A stretch of DNA of 64,000 nucleotides from Carcharhinus amblyrhynchos. Its lineage: Eukaryota. The number at the start of each line of letters is the position of its first letter. Positions within the stretch are counted from its first letter, which is position 1. Positions 13,241-26,697 of the stretch are shown one piece after another. The stretch is taken from NCBI GenBank assembly GCA_965287045.1, contig OZ336872.1, forward strand, positions 41,168,001 through 41,232,000. Direction: 5' to 3'. The translations under genes and the position numbers were made by a program. The notes beneath the pieces are model-generated. The model did no database searches and was not told the DNA's origin. It saw only the letters and a program-made list of their open reading frames with translations.

Positions 13241-14977
13241 ACAAAGGACAATGGCAGCTGTCAGTTTGTGCTGGTTACTCAGAAGTCAATATTACAGCAA
13301 CAAATTTGATATGTTACTGTGTTTGTTTTGCCTTTTAACACTGTTACTTTTGTTGAACATAAACTGGATGTTGCTCAGCAGCCTCCTTTCATTTTCGGAG
13401 ATGGTCTTTTGGTTGTTGAGTCATTGCACTTCATTAGCTGGTAGACTCTGATGGCATGTCATTCAATTCACTGTGTTTGGCACATTTAGCCCTATTTAGT
13501 TCTTCTGCTTTGATATGTTTGACTTTTTTCAGATGTGTTCACAATGTGAGTGGTGATGGAAGTGTAAGTATCATGTACAAAAGAAAATATTTTTTAAAGC
13601 TTAAGAAAAATGGCAGAAGTCAGAGACAGTGACTGCATACATGTCCCTAAATGCGCAGAGGAGGGAATAGTAAAATGCTTTGAACTGTTTAAATGTGGGA
13701 GAATGCAAAGTAACAATGTAAAGAATCAGAATGATTCCTTGTAGTGTATTTAATACATTGTCAACGTTTTTTTTAACCATACTGTAAACAATGTCAATAT
13801 TTGGTGTGAAAATGGTTTCAGTTTGCGGATGTTTCATTGGTGACAGAAAAAGGCTGTTTGATTCATTCTGACAGAAAATTGAATGTTTCTAAAAGCTGGT
13901 TGGATCCCTTTAGGAAATACTAAATGAAAGGTAGGTGTGCATTGAGGAGAATTTTTTATTCAGAATTAGTGATTATAATTCACAGCATGGCCTAGATTTC
14001 TGACATAACATTCGATGGGAACAGACTTCCACGACAACTTGCCCAATCGCTGCACCAGTGACCTAGATGGAGCCTTTTTGGGAAGAAAGAAATTAAAGTT
14101 GAAGCTTGAGAGAGGTACAAAATGGGCAATAGAGGATTGGCTGTCGGTTATATACTACTGGAGTCAATAGAAAGGAGAGTCATGTATGGTTTACAATGAG
14201 CTGAACCAATACGCTGTTACTTGTTTTGAGCTCTGCTGAAATTATATTTCACCTCCAAAACTTCAAAGACTTTGCTGTTCCCCATAATCTTTTCTGTTTT
14301 ATCTGATGTCTAAGCTCTCTCACTTTGCAAGTCTCCTAATTTTGAGTAATTGGGATACTAAGCTTTTATTCATTGACCTTTCCCAGCTTGGCAGGAAGTT
14401 TGCTGCCTGAAGTGCCTTTCTCAGGATCTGTAAACTTGAAGTGAAACCATCTAGTGTTTCAGCTACCGTCGAATTTTTTTGCCGAGACTATAACTTTATT
14501 GAATCATGTTGAACCATTCAAAATGCAATTCAAATGTTGTTAGGTTTTAGATTTGATTTTTGCAGCCCCATTACGGGAACATTATAACTATAGTCTTTAG
14601 CTGATTAGTTCTCTGCACTTGACCTAATGATCTTGCTGAGCTTCCAATAGATTTTTTACTTCAGTTGATGCTTGAAGAATTGTGCTTTCCAATTCTGCTG
14701 TTTTTTTTATGAAAAAGCAAAACAGTCTCTCACTTTGGTCAGAAGTATGCCTTCCACAGGTTTCACTTCTGCTTAATAAAGCAAACAAAAGTGACATTTT
14801 TAGATAAGCTGTTCCCACACTCATAACCTTCATTTGAAATTTGTTAACCTTGAAGTTTCTCTTAAATTGCTGATTCATTCTGGATTTAGTTCTCCATCTG
14901 TGATGGATGCCCAAGAATCTGTCCTTGGGCATCCATCACACTGCCTACTATTTCTTATCTACAAGGTAGCCTCGGGG

Positions 14978-15305
14978 GACATAGGAAATAGGAGGAGGCT
15001 ATTCAGCATGTGAAGCCTACACCACCATTTAATACAATCATGGCAGATTGGGCACTTCAATACCTTTTGCACCCCATCCCATAATCCTTTATGTCACTGT
15101 TGATCAGAAATCCATCAATCTCTGCTTTAAACTTACACAATGACACAGCCCTCTGAAGTAGAGAATTGCAAAGATTCACAACGCTCGTTTCTCTTCATCT
15201 CGGTCGTAAGTGGCATCTCCCTTATTTTGCAATTATGTTCCCTGGTTCTAGTCCCAGGGTTTTCCCGACCAAGGGAAACATCATACCTACATCTACCCTT
15301 GCATG
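14978..15305 (-). mobile_element. CR1 LINE 3' end
   Basis: Reverse CR1 UTR 'gacataggaaataggaggaggctattcagc...caccatttaatacaatcatggc' and 'agagaattgcaaagattcac', matching the young copy at 27664. Confidence 0.8.
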
Positions 15306-15417
15306 TCACCAAAAAACACGGTAGATACCAAATGTGTACATATATGCTGCACCCAGTTGCATCTCAGCACTACCTTGCTTGATTCGTTGAGTGGATTTCT
15401 CCCATTCTAGGACTAAG

Positions 15418-16117
15418 TCTGGTAGGAATTTCCTTCCACAGAGGCGGTTGGGAAAACACATCAAACTTTCCAGCTCTGATCTCATTGATAATGCAACTGG
15501 GTGTTTTGCACCATATTCCATGGCGGGGCAGGGCAGCTGGCACATTGTCCACGATTTTATCTGGGCACCCAACACACTATTGAAGAAAGAAAGTTGTTCT
15601 CTTGAAAATTGAGGCTGGTAGCTGAGCCTGTCCAGGACACCAAATCTGGAAGCTCTGCCTTTAGGTGCCTCGCTGAACCACTGCTGTGGTGTTCCAGGAC
15701 TCAGGGTTGCAGCCTGCCTTCCATCCCGAGGCAGCCCCAAGTATTGTTCAGGTGGGTCCTGACATCTGCATGCAACATTGTTCCAAATATGTTTGGTGTT
15801 TGTGTGATTTCCCACTGATGTTGCAGAGAAATGGGATTGATGGAAGATTCTGGTTGGCCTCCAGTGGATTTTTGGAACTCCCACTGGTATGAATTTCACA
15901 CTAGCTCTGATGTGAAATTCATGCTGGTATGGAACAGATTTCTGGACCTCCAACCATATTCCCCCCCATCCCGTCCCCCGTCCTGTCCCGTCTCGCTGTT
16001 GCCAGCTGGATTTCCCATTGACTGCATCCGATGCTGCCACGAAACATATAGTGGGGGGTGTGCCATGTGCTGGACTGGATGACCCTGCTGGCATGAATGG
16101 CCTGAAAGTTCTGTCAG
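15418..16117. mobile_element. Non-autonomous DNA element (Harbinger-like MITE family)
   Basis: Ends resemble the GGNNGAATTTTCC...GGAAAATTCNGCC termini seen at 21605, 24478, 35346, 41746 and 50607; internal perfect 12-bp inverted repeat 15889-15900/15911-15922; GC-elevated. Confidence 0.5.
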
Positions 16118-16347
16118 GCTTTTTGTCTGACATTCAGCATTGGGTGAGCAGAAATTTCCTCCAGTTCAGTACTGGGGAGTCGAAAGCCACAAACTCCATT
16201 TTCCAGCCACTAATGCTATCCCCTCCCTGACCAATGTCTGAGGCAGAACAAGACATTTTGCCACCTTGGTGTCCTCTGTGACCCTGAGCTGAGCTTAAGT
16301 TCTGATATCCTTTCCACTCAAAGATTTCCTACCTCCACATCCGTAGT

Positions 16348-16640
16348 TTATTTGTTAGGCACAAGTAGGCTTACATTAACACTGCAATAAAGTTACTGTG
16401 AAAATCCCCAAGCCGCTACATTCCAGCACCTGTTCGGGTACACAGGGAGAGAATTTACCATGGCCAATGCATCTAACCAGCACATCTTTTGGACTGTGGG
16501 AAGAAGTTAGAGCACTCGGAGGTTACCCGTGCAGACATGAGGAGCATGTGCAGACTCTGCACAGACAGTGACCCAAGCTGGGAATCGAACCTGGACCCCT
16601 GGCATTGTGCGCCAGCAGTGCTTGCCATTGTGCCGTCCAT
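16348..16640 (-). mobile_element. HE1/V-SINE-type tRNA-derived SINE
   Basis: Minus-strand tRNA-like head with A/B boxes ('ggcacaatggc...ccaggggtccaggttcgattcccagcttgggtcac') and V-domain-like 'gcacatgctcctcatgtctgc'; near-identical layout at 62900-63190. Confidence 0.85.
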
Positions 16641-16699
16641 CACCCATTTCAACACCTGCCTCATTCCATTCACTGCTGAAACCTTCTCCATGTCTTTGT

Positions 16700-17235
16700 C
16701 ACCTCCAGGTTCAGTTATTCCATACCCTTGCTGTAGCATCCGTAAAGCTCAGGTCTTCAGAAAATTCTGCTGTTGCATCCTAATTCACATCAGTCTTGTT
16801 GACCCATCATCTCTGCACTCATTGACCTATATTGGTTCCTGATAGAGCAACACCTCAAATTTGCATACTAAAGTTAAAATTTTACCAAGGCTTCATGCTC
16901 TCTCTCTCCCTGTCTTTAACTTCATCCAACCCTACACCCCTTCTAAGATTCCTGTACTCCTCCAATTCTGGTCTATTATGCATTCCTGACTTTTTGGCCT
17001 TGACGATGGTGCTTCCAGCTGCCTACACCTTAATGCTTTGGAGTTCCCTCTCTAAACCTCTCTGCATCTCTACCTGTCTGTCCACCTTGAAGATACGCCT
17101 TAAAAGCTACTCCTTTAACCAAGCTTTTTGTTACTTGTCCTTACATTACCTTGTGTGTGTTTATGTCAATTTTTTGTCTGCTAGTGCTCCAAAAAAGTTC
17201 CTTAGGAGCTATAAAAATACATGTTATTGTTGTTT
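16700..17235 (+). mobile_element. L2-type LINE 3' part
   Basis: ORF2 C-terminal remnants (NSA...IL, PII..L.DL.W, WSSL.K.L, LKSY.F.QAF) and an L2-like 3' end 'ctataaaaatacatgttattgttgtt'. Confidence 0.7.
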
Positions 17236-18042
17236 TTGTGTGAACATAGGCATTTGATTGTGGCATATCACCTTTCCTACCAGATTAAAGGTCTGATCTA
17301 GGATCTTCTTATTGTGACTTAGTTCCATTAGGAAATACACTTGCCAGATAGATTTGTTTCTTTTTTCATGTCTGTACTTTTACTCTTTGTACCTAATTTA
17401 AATTCCTAACAGAAAAAAAATCCCAAAATGTTTGTTCTCCATTAACATACAGACGTCTTTGTAAACATCTGTACAATTCTTTGCAATTTTAGATTGGGAA
17501 TATGCTGCCACTTTTTCATCAATGTAAAGAGACAAATTTGCTCGAGATATAGAAACATTTCTTGCAGATAATTTTGTATTGGTTGTAACCAAGTTAACCT
17601 ACCCTTTTTAAAACAAAAGTGCCTTGACAAACCAAATCTGTGAGCTTTCTAAAACCTAGTACGGAATGTTTGTAAGCCAAAAGAAGATCAACATGACAGG
17701 TGCATACCTGTTCACATGGAAACACATGCATAGAGCATGGTCCTGACTGGGAGAGCCTGCATGGAAACTAACCAAAATCAGGTGTGCTAGAGGAATACTG
17801 TGGTTAAACTGTCATCAAACTGAAGTTAATCCTAATTCAAACTTTTTTGCCCATTTGGAATGTCATTGCGGGTACACCACTCCCATGTCATAATAGTTCT
17901 GTGCTTTTGGGTACTAAAACCTAACATTTAATTTGAAAAATGTATTATTCATCAGTCTTGATGAAATTGATCATAATCTCGCAGAAAGTCAATATTCTCA
18001 ATGGCTCGGGTGCTTCTCATTTCTCTGGGAAATTGCTTTCCT

Positions 18043-18390
18043 TTACCTCAGTTGCTGGGGTGTGACAGTACTCTGATAAACTGAAGCTTTGGGCAGATCC
18101 AGGCTGATGGTGCAACACAGCGCTGAGTACAACCTCTCTTTTAGCTTGAGCTCAATCCCAGCTTGGGCCCCCTGCTCCTCAGCAGCGGCCACCAAACCAG
18201 AGCCTGCTGCCAACTCAACCTCCAGCTCGGCCCTTCTTTCAGTTGCAGGTGGTTCAGCTCCTGGGCTGCCACTGTCTTACACTCGCCACTCGCTCATGGA
18301 TAAGCACTGAATCTGGCAGGTAGAAACCCAAACACCAGCAACACCATGACTGGAGGCAGAAGGGAAGCTGCCCAATCCAAATGGATCCAT
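18043..18390 (-). pseudogene. CYHR1: Antisense pseudogene fragment of CYHR1/ZFTRAF1 (N-terminal part)
   Basis: Manual minus-strand translation of 18147-18073 gives [25 protein letters not shown] versus recalled vertebrate CYHR1/ZFTRAF1 [25 protein letters not shown] (21/25). It is preceded by an Ala/Glu/Gly-rich stretch; in-frame TAA at 18279-18277 and 18045-18043; local GC-rich island. Confidence 0.8.
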
Positions 18391-18507
18391 GTAATAAGTT
18401 AAAATACTTATTACATTTCTTCAAATTATCCTCATAATTGGTTTACCTGGTAATCTGCGTTGAATTGTGTGGTTTATAAAACTATCTTGCAATGACGTCT
18501 TTAAATT

Positions 18508-18826
18508 TAGAATCATAGAATCCTACAGTACAGAAGGAGACCATTTGGCCCGTCGACTGTACCAACAACATTCCCACCCTACCCCTGTAACCTCACATAT
18601 TTACCCTGCTAATCTCCCTAAAACTAGGGTCAATTTAGTGTGACCAGTCAACCTAGCCCACACATCTTTGGACTTTTGGAGGAAACTGGAGCATCCAGAG
18701 GGAACCCATGCAGACACAGGGATAATGTGCAAACTCCACATGGACAGTGACCAAAGCCAGGAATTGAACCTGGATCCCTGGCACTGAGAGGCAGCAGTGC
18801 TAGCCACTGTGCCACCATGCCACCCC
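18508..18826 (-). mobile_element. HE1-type SINE with CR1-derived tail
   Basis: Minus-strand head 'ggtggcatggtggcacagtggctagcactgctgcctctcagtgccagggatccaggttcaattcc' and tail 'catagaatcctacagtacagaagg'. Confidence 0.88.
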
Positions 18827-21604
18827 ATGGTCATGTGATTTGCTCTGAAGCCTGTCTGGGTAGTTTGATTGTTAGAGATTACAGGAAGCCTTGGATTGTT
18901 TTACTGGGAAAGAAGATGCAAAGCTTTTTGAGCTTGGAGACAATAGCAGCAATCTTTGAGTTCACAATGGATAGACTGTGCATCTTCCAAAGTCCATAAA
19001 ACTGGTGTTGGTGTTTGTAAACAATTGTTTAAACAATCCATTTACTTTCCAGATGAAAGAGAGTTGAGGACAAGAGTAGTTCAGTGGAATTTTTACCTGA
19101 AAGCAAGGTTAATGTATTTCCCACGTATACCATGGGGAAGAGGGCAGTGAAAGCTATTTTTAAGATCAGGTTACAGGCTTCTCTACAAATCTGTGAATAT
19201 CACAGACTGGCAACTATTCTGTGTTGTCAACATAGAGAAGAAACTATTTAAGCTTTGCGAGCTAGCAGAGCCAGCTGCAGTCTCTAGTCCAGGAGACTTA
19301 TCCTGCAGCCTTTTAAGGATCCAGACAAATCTTCTGGAGTAGCCTGAGGAAGGAAAATCTTTGGAATAGACTTTATTGCTGGTTCTAAGAAACACTCTCT
19401 GGAAACTGAGGGAAGTGTCTGCAGTTGGTCACTTGAAGCTACTACTTGGCAAAATGGGAATGTGGCAACCCCGAGGATGCTGGGAGAAACTTCCATGGTA
19501 AATGCAATGTGTTAATTATAAAAGGGGAATGTTCCTTGCTGTAGTTCAAAGAATTAATTGCCCACAAAAAGAAAATAGTATTTAGCCAATAGTATTTGTT
19601 TGATTCATTTGTTAGAATAAAAATTTTAAAATTTGAATTCCTGTTATTCTTGCAGCTAGTAACCAGATGTTCACATCTCTTTCTAAAAGTTATCAGTCTG
19701 TAAGGAGATTGTAACAGCAATAACATGAAGATATGCATTTAAAAGGAAGCATTTAAAAAGATAAGGCCTTCAAAAGTGAACCAGAAACCGTATCGGTTCC
19801 AATCAATTGTCAACTCATACTTTAAGGTGGAGGAAATTTGCACTGTTTTGAGAACTTTTCAGAGTATTAGGATGTATTCATGAGACTAGTTCAAGTGAAG
19901 AAGTTACAAAGGGCTAGTTTAGCTTTGAAGTTTCATTTGGATTAATGGGCTATGCCCTGGGAAAAAATTCTTGTGCAAATCAAGGAACGTGTATATAATT
20001 CCTAAATGGAAAACAAATTATCAAAACCAATTGGTTTTTTTGGTCTCTAATCCAAAAGCAATTTTCTCAGTTGAATTGATTTGCCAAGTTTGCCTATACT
20101 TTGCAGAGACTTTTTTGACTCTTGAGTTTCCTACATTTGTTAAATAATTCTTTTGCTTGTTACCCCATAACTCTTTTTTGTTAGTAGCACTTGGTGTGGA
20201 AATGTCCTTGACATTTTCGCTCTAGAAATGTGGGGTTGACAATTTTTTTAAGTTTTTGAGTAATGACCTTGCCTCTTAAAGAACGCTGAACTAATGCAGG
20301 TATTCCCATGTAAGAGTATTTGTTTAGCAAGTTTTTAAAAACAAATGTTCTTGTAATGTGTTTGACAAATATCCCTGTTGACTCGTGGGAGACCTTGTCT
20401 TGGATCAAAATGGAGAAGGTTCAATTGGGAATTCTCTGATTGTATTGAGAGATTTTATTGGAAATGTGCAGAGGCAAAGTTGAGGAGTGGGAGGAAGTGC
20501 AGAAACCTTTGAACAACTTATCTGCCCAACCATTCCAGCGACACCTACCCGACATGTGGCAAAGTACTTTCCCAGTGTTACAGATAGAGAGAGAATATTA
20601 TTCTTAACTTGTCAGCTGTTATGCTGTGATTGCTGTGGCACATACCCTAGTTGTGTTTGATTTCAAATCTATTAAACTTAAACATATTGAAGGAAACCTA
20701 AATCCGGATTTTGAACAAAGACATTTGTTAAAATTTCTTCATTTTGGTATCTATTCCTTCATCACCTTTCTGCATTAAAGCTTCGACCTTTGAGCATCTG
20801 AAGATCAACAATCTTAACAGCCTCACCACGGCATGCAACATGTCCAAATATGAATAAATTAAACTTCAGATAATCCAAACAGACATTAATTTGTCATGGG
20901 TTTTGATAAAAATTGAGGCTTTAAGAGGTCAGAGCTCCCTGAGGCAATGAATAGTTTATGAACTCTGAATTAGATAACCTGCATAATTCTTACTTTACTC
21001 TTCATGCTGGTTTTGGCAAATTACAGTAAACTGTTAATGTAACCAATTTGCCAGTCAATTGATACTGTATTTGGCTAACTTAAAATGAAGTGAGAAAACT
21101 AATCTTATTGAAATGAATCAAACAGGGAAGTAAAATCAAGTGGAAAAGTGCAATAGAAATGTGATGATTTGAGAAGGTATTTCATTCATAGAATTATTGG
21201 CAAGAGGGTTCACACACAAGTTAGAAAATGAAAAATCCTGGCATGTTTTGATAAAATTATGGTTAAGGCAAATGAGTCACGATAAAATACACATACTTGT
21301 ATAGATCCTTATCAGAAAAAAATTGGTATATTGAAATAATACAACAATTTTGCAGGTTTTAACCTTATCCACACAGAGAAAATTGATGAATGGACATTTG
21401 AGTGTCATCCCTTTTACACAGTGGGAACCATTCAACAGGATCCACCATCTCTTCCTGCAGGGCCTAATGGACTTGTAATCAATAGTGTTTGTTGAATGAA
21501 TTTCTCTATGAGGCAGAGGTGGCATGCCACAATACAACTGAACGGAGCATTCTGTGACCATGTGATCAAATCCATCCTTCACAGCGAAGAATCTCAGCAA
21601 ACTT

Positions 21605-21795
21605 AGCAGTGGGATTTTCCGCATGGCCTTGTGGTTTTTGTTTTAGTGAGGCGGCCCACCATTAGCAAGCAGCGGGAGCTGTCAACAAGGTTTCCTGTCC
21701 TATCTACTCTTGCCGCCAGGAAACCTGTGGTGGGGGTCCACATTTGGTGGGACCAGAAGATCCTACCGGTGACTACAGCTGGAAAATTCTGGCCA
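21605..21795. mobile_element. Harbinger-like MITE
   Basis: Begins 'gtgggattttcc' and ends 'ggaaaattctggcc'; GC-elevated 190-bp island. Confidence 0.55.
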
Positions 21796-22799
21796 AGGTG
21801 TTTGCGTTTACATACAGCTTGCTGCACCTAGTTCAAAGGTGGCCATCAGGATGAGGGCAGTGGTGGGTACACATTTCCTCTCATTTGCCAAGAGATTTGT
21901 GTTGCGTCCAACGAGAAAGAGAGTTACTTAATCATTTGGCGGTTACCCCAGTTCCCATTACTTGCCTACAAAACCGTGTCGGTTAGAATGGCACCTGATT
22001 CTATGTGATTAGCATAAGCAGAATCCATCTCAGTAGCATCTTGATTGTATTTTAGTGTAAGCCTGGATAGGGAAGCTGCTGTGGCTGTCAATTGAAATCA
22101 TGTTGAAAGTTGCCAGGATGGAAGAGGCCAAAATGATAACAGTTGCTTTGCACTTTATTCTTCTCATCTAAGTGAGAACTGGTGGTTAAATTGCTGCTGT
22201 CTTGCTATATTGCTTTTATGACATTTTAACCACTCTCCTGGATTTCCAAAACCTCCACATTGAAGGCATTTCTTGATGTTGGAGTTAAACAGTAGGTGAT
22301 TTTATTGAGACCTATCAAAAGCAATCTGTATCAGAATAAATTATAAAGTTTACGTTTGATTGTTGTTGATATTGCCACAACCCTAAGTCACACCAGTAAA
22401 CTAGCTTATGTTATGGGAATGGGGCAGAGTACGCCTTTTTTTTGTGTAAAGCTTGCCAAGTTCAATAATCAATGTGCACTCAGTCTCATTAATTAGAACC
22501 AAGCCATATTGTACTATATTGCCTTATATGATTCATTTGTTTGCCAATTCTATTTTGCCGTTGACTTAATTTGCACCGCTGTTTAACCTATTAGGGAGTT
22601 ATCACTGTTGGGTAAATATATTGTTCTTTCTAGAATTCTCTGGAGAGTTATCCGAAATGAAAAATAATTGTTTGCCAACTGTAATATTGCCAATGTCCAC
22701 TGTCCCAGGTAGTGAGCTTAGACAAGAGATTGATGAGCTACATGTGAATGAGTCCCAGCTTTGAACCTTTCAGCATGTTTGGATCCATTGTCTTCCTCA

Positions 22800-23940
22800 A
22801 GCTCAATCTGGCCATTGTGCACCACTCCCTTTTAAATTAATTACAATACGTTGCCCCCATACAAACAGCGAGCTTCTCTGATTGCAATTTTTGCAAAAGA
22901 TTAAAAAGATTTTCGCTGTCCTTTGCGTGATGAAGCTTTTTTTTGACATCACCCCTGAACAGCCTAACTCTAATTTAAGGTAAGATCTCCTTGTTTGTGA
23001 TTCCCTCGCCAGAGAAAATAAACCCTTGTTCATTTGGAACACCTCAATTAGATCTTTTATATTGAAAGTAATACAAGCCTGGTCATACAACCTGCACTTA
23101 ACAATGTAATCCCTTTAGTCCCAGTACCATCTGGGTAAATCTGTGCTCTACCCTGCCCAAGGCCAAAATCTGCTTCCTGAGTTTCAGTGCACGGAACTGA
23201 AGACAGTGCTATAAATCGAGTCTTGCCTGAACTCTCTTACTGTTGTAACATGACTTCTGTCACTTTGTATTTCAGCCTCCATGAGATGAGGCAAACATTT
23301 CTTCCGCCTTTTCAATATGTTTCGTATTTGCCCATCTGTCCAGTAACTTTTAGGGATTTTTGGATTTAGACCCATAAATTGCCCTTTCTCTCTACAGATC
23401 TTTGCTTTTTTATTCATTCTTGGTATGTGGACATTGCTGGCTAGGCCAGCATGTATCGCCCATCCCTACTTGCCCTCAAGAAAATGGTGGTGAGCTGCCT
23501 TCTTGTACTGCTGCAGTCCATCATGGAAATGTTCAGATCTATCTTACTTGAGTCCAAAGTGGATGAGCTCACATCTCCACATTAAACTCTGCCAACCACA
23601 ATTTTCCTAACTCTCTTAATCTGTCAATGTATTTTTTATAATTTTATGCTCCTTTCTAAAAAAAACTATGTGCCATCTCACTTAATGCAATCAGCAGACT
23701 TGGATTATATGGTTCCCCAGTCTTTTATCTTAGCCATTGATACAGATAGTGAAAAGTTGGGGAGACAGTCCAGATCCCTGTCAGACACCACAAGTCACAA
23801 CTTGTCATTGCATTATATACTCATCATTCCTAATCTGTCTCCTACCTCCTAACTCCTCTATTTAATAGATTACCTCCAAAGCCATATGGTTTTATTAGCA
23901 ATCATTTGTGTGGAGTTATAATCTGTGTAGAGACCAATAA
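22800..23940 (-). mobile_element. Degenerate CR1 LINE (RT C-terminal and 3' part), with a second LINE tail inserted at ~23405-23525
   Basis: ORF 22803..23090- has 'DLIEVF....GLFSLARESQTR...LKL...FITQR'; further reverse CR1 RT remnants extend to ~23900. Confidence 0.75.
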
Positions 23941-24477
23941 CTGTTTAAGAGATTTGAATTTCCAGTGATCGACCCAAGGAATCCAAGGATAAAATTTCGC
24001 ATTTTAAGACTTTTACTATCAACAAACAAACTGAAATCAGCATTAATTAACCATTACTTAGTAGGAAACTAATGCACGATATAATACAGGAAAGCTATTC
24101 TCTTCCTGACATGACTGAAAAACTCACACCATGTTTATACATTATCCAACACTCTCTGCTGAATTGTAATCTTCAGGGGAACCAGTTCAAAGTTACTCCC
24201 AGCTTCCAGTAGGTTCACCTATTTCCCCCTTTCACTGAATTGTAACATTTTGTGTCAGTCCAAAGTCTTTACTTGGATCTTCTGAGAATCCTCAGACCAA
24301 CTTCCTGCAGCAAGGCTCACGCCGGCGAGCCTCCAGCTATGCTGAGGTTGTACTTGAATCTTCCAGTTTCATTAAATTTCCAAAAATCCTATATCTTCGA
24401 GAGAATGAACTTCCAGCAGCCGATCATTTCCTCTGCAATTTGCAGAAGCTTCTGTTTTTAATTTCTCCGTGTGGGAT

Positions 24478-24598
24478 TTTTACAGCCTAGCTCATCCCAA
24501 AATCGTAAAATCCTGCCCGAGTTCAATGGACCTTCCCATTGTCCACCCCTCGCTCACTCCATTTCCTGTGTTGGGTGGGGCATTAAAATTCTGGCCCG
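24478..24598. mobile_element. Short MITE of the same family, embedded in an LTR-like sequence (~23950-24850)
   Basis: 'gtgggattttacagcc...gggcattaaaattctggccc' termini. Confidence 0.5.
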
Positions 24599-26289
24599 TC
24601 TCCCTTTTTCTGTCTCTTTCCAGGATCTCTGAGTCAGTAAATGTGAAAGTATGTAAATTTACGCACAGAAATGCCAAGTGTTCCTTTCTTTATGTCCAGG
24701 TATGAAAACTGACAGGTTTTAATAGGACTTGTCCTGGGCCCCTGATCCCATGGCAACCAGGTCACACAGGCTCATTGCCAGGCAGAAGTAGTGGGAAGTC
24801 ACATGTTCCTCTCTGCTACTCCATTTTACCTTGATTAAAAATTACAGTTCAAAGCACACTCATAACAGTGGGCAAAAGGTTTCTTGCAAATGGGAATTGA
24901 AAAAGCAAATATCTAAGTATGTTTGTGTCAGAGTTTTCCTACTCCCCCACCCCAGTATTTCAATATCACATGTTTAGAATTTCAACCTCGTAACGTAAAG
25001 ATTGGCAATCCTCGCTTATGTTGGAAATAAAATATACTGGTGTGCTCAGTCCTTCCTATTCAAGAACAGCTGCTTTTATTTAGCTCTGAACTTTCTCAAA
25101 CCTGAAGTGATAGTTGATTTGGAACTTCCGTGACAAAAATTAAATGAGCACTTGATGTAAGGAAGTTGTTTTATTAAGATCACTAGCATGAAGCTCAAGA
25201 TGTGGTAGAACACTGTCACCAATGAGGAGGAGGAATGTATGATCTTTGTTGTTCACTTGCACTATCAGATCACAGTTTGACGTGAGTGCCTCCAGCTTCA
25301 TGCTAGCACTCACTGGACTAGGAGTTTCTGATGCACAAGAAATGAAAGCTCCTTTGAAAGATCTCAAGCGTTTCTGGTGCTTAGCATTTTTGTGACGTTA
25401 AGTGTCGAGACTGCTCTAAGATGGTGTTCAGTGGTACCAAACTGAAAAGATAAGCTTCGCTGCTGAATGAAAGATCTTTTGTCTAGCATTTTCTCACAGC
25501 CTCTTTGTGCACCATTGGATAATATTTAGAAAATAATTTGCACTATTTTATTGGGCACGTGATTTAATTGAAAACATTTTTTGAAGTTGAAATGTGTCCT
25601 AGTCAAAGAACGTCTCTTCCCCATTTTTTATTAATTTTTCCTTGGTGAATGAGTGTTTCGCTTATCAAGAAAAAAACATTCCACATAAAATCACAGTTGT
25701 TTTAACCAAATATTATATTTTCCAATGGATATTGGATACAAAAAGTATCTTGTAAATTACCATACCAACCGTGCTATTTGACATGCAGTCAACATAGTAA
25801 TTAGTGAATCAACTAGGAAACTACAAGATATGTACCAAACTTAAATCCTGATTTGGGAGATTGGATATATCTGTAGGAGCCTGAATGTGCAACCTGGAAA
25901 TAATTCTAGAACACAGAAGCTATTGGTCTGACACTAACACTTCAAAAAGCTGTCAAGTTAGCCTCTGGAAGTATTGTATCTTGGTGCATCCTAAATAATA
26001 TAATTAGTCAGAAAACATTGCGATACCCTGAAACTTAAATGGATAATGATGCAGAACATGGGAATATTCCATCTATCCTGTAAAAGGAGGATGCAAAGGA
26101 AAAAGAGGAGGAACAGAAACAGACATTGAACTGCACCCTTTCAAAGGAATTTTATTGATTTTTTTTTTTCAGTCAAATTTGCCCTGAATAAGCAGTGAGG
26201 AGAAAGCAGTGCATACTACCTTAGTGCAGACTGACAGGTAGAAGTTCATCCCCACTCCTAATACACCAATTAAGAGGAAAATCCAATCT

Positions 26290-26490
26290 ATTCTGCATCT
26301 TCTGGGTGCTCTAGTTTCTTCCCACAGTCCAAAGAAGTGATCCAAAGAGGTGGATTAGCTGTGGTAAATGTGCGGAGGTATGGGGGTAGGATGGAGGGGA
26401 GAGCCAGGGTGGGATGCTCTTTCAGAGAGTTGGTGCAGACTCAGTGGGCCGGATGGCTTCTTTCTGCACTGTAGGGATTCTATGTTTCTA
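26290..26490 (+). mobile_element. HE1-type SINE 3' portion
   Basis: 'gggtgctctagtttcttcccacagtccaaag...gactcagtgggccggatggcttctttctgcactgtagggattctatg'. Confidence 0.8.
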
Positions 26491-26574
26491 AGCTGAAACA
26501 GCTTGCAGTTTGATGACTGAGCTTAACACTGAAGCATTCATTGGCCAACTCGCACCCCATTCAAATCTAGCTTA

Positions 26575-26697
26575 TCAACCTGTAGGAAAGCCACACACAC
26601 ACAGGGAGAACATGTAAACTCCACACAGTGACCTAAGGCTGGAATCGAACCTCGGTTCCTGGCACTGTGAGGCAGCAATGCCAGCTCCTGTTCCACT
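26575..26697 (-). mobile_element. HE1-type SINE 5' fragment
   Basis: 'gggagaacatgtaaactccacacagtgacctaaggctggaatcgaacctcggttcctggcactgtgaggcagc'. Confidence 0.75.

Noticed and set aside
15306-16133. Longest ORF (275 aa, minus strand)
   Set aside because: No recognisable domain; it lies across a GC-rich MITE-like element where stops are rare; no splice or codon evidence.
16348-16640. tRNA genes
   Set aside because: The A/B-box sequences are heads of SINEs followed by SINE bodies; no complete cloverleaf.
18830-20410. Possible additional LTR-type sequence
   Set aside because: Composition is suggestive, but I could not define termini, a TSD or coding motifs.
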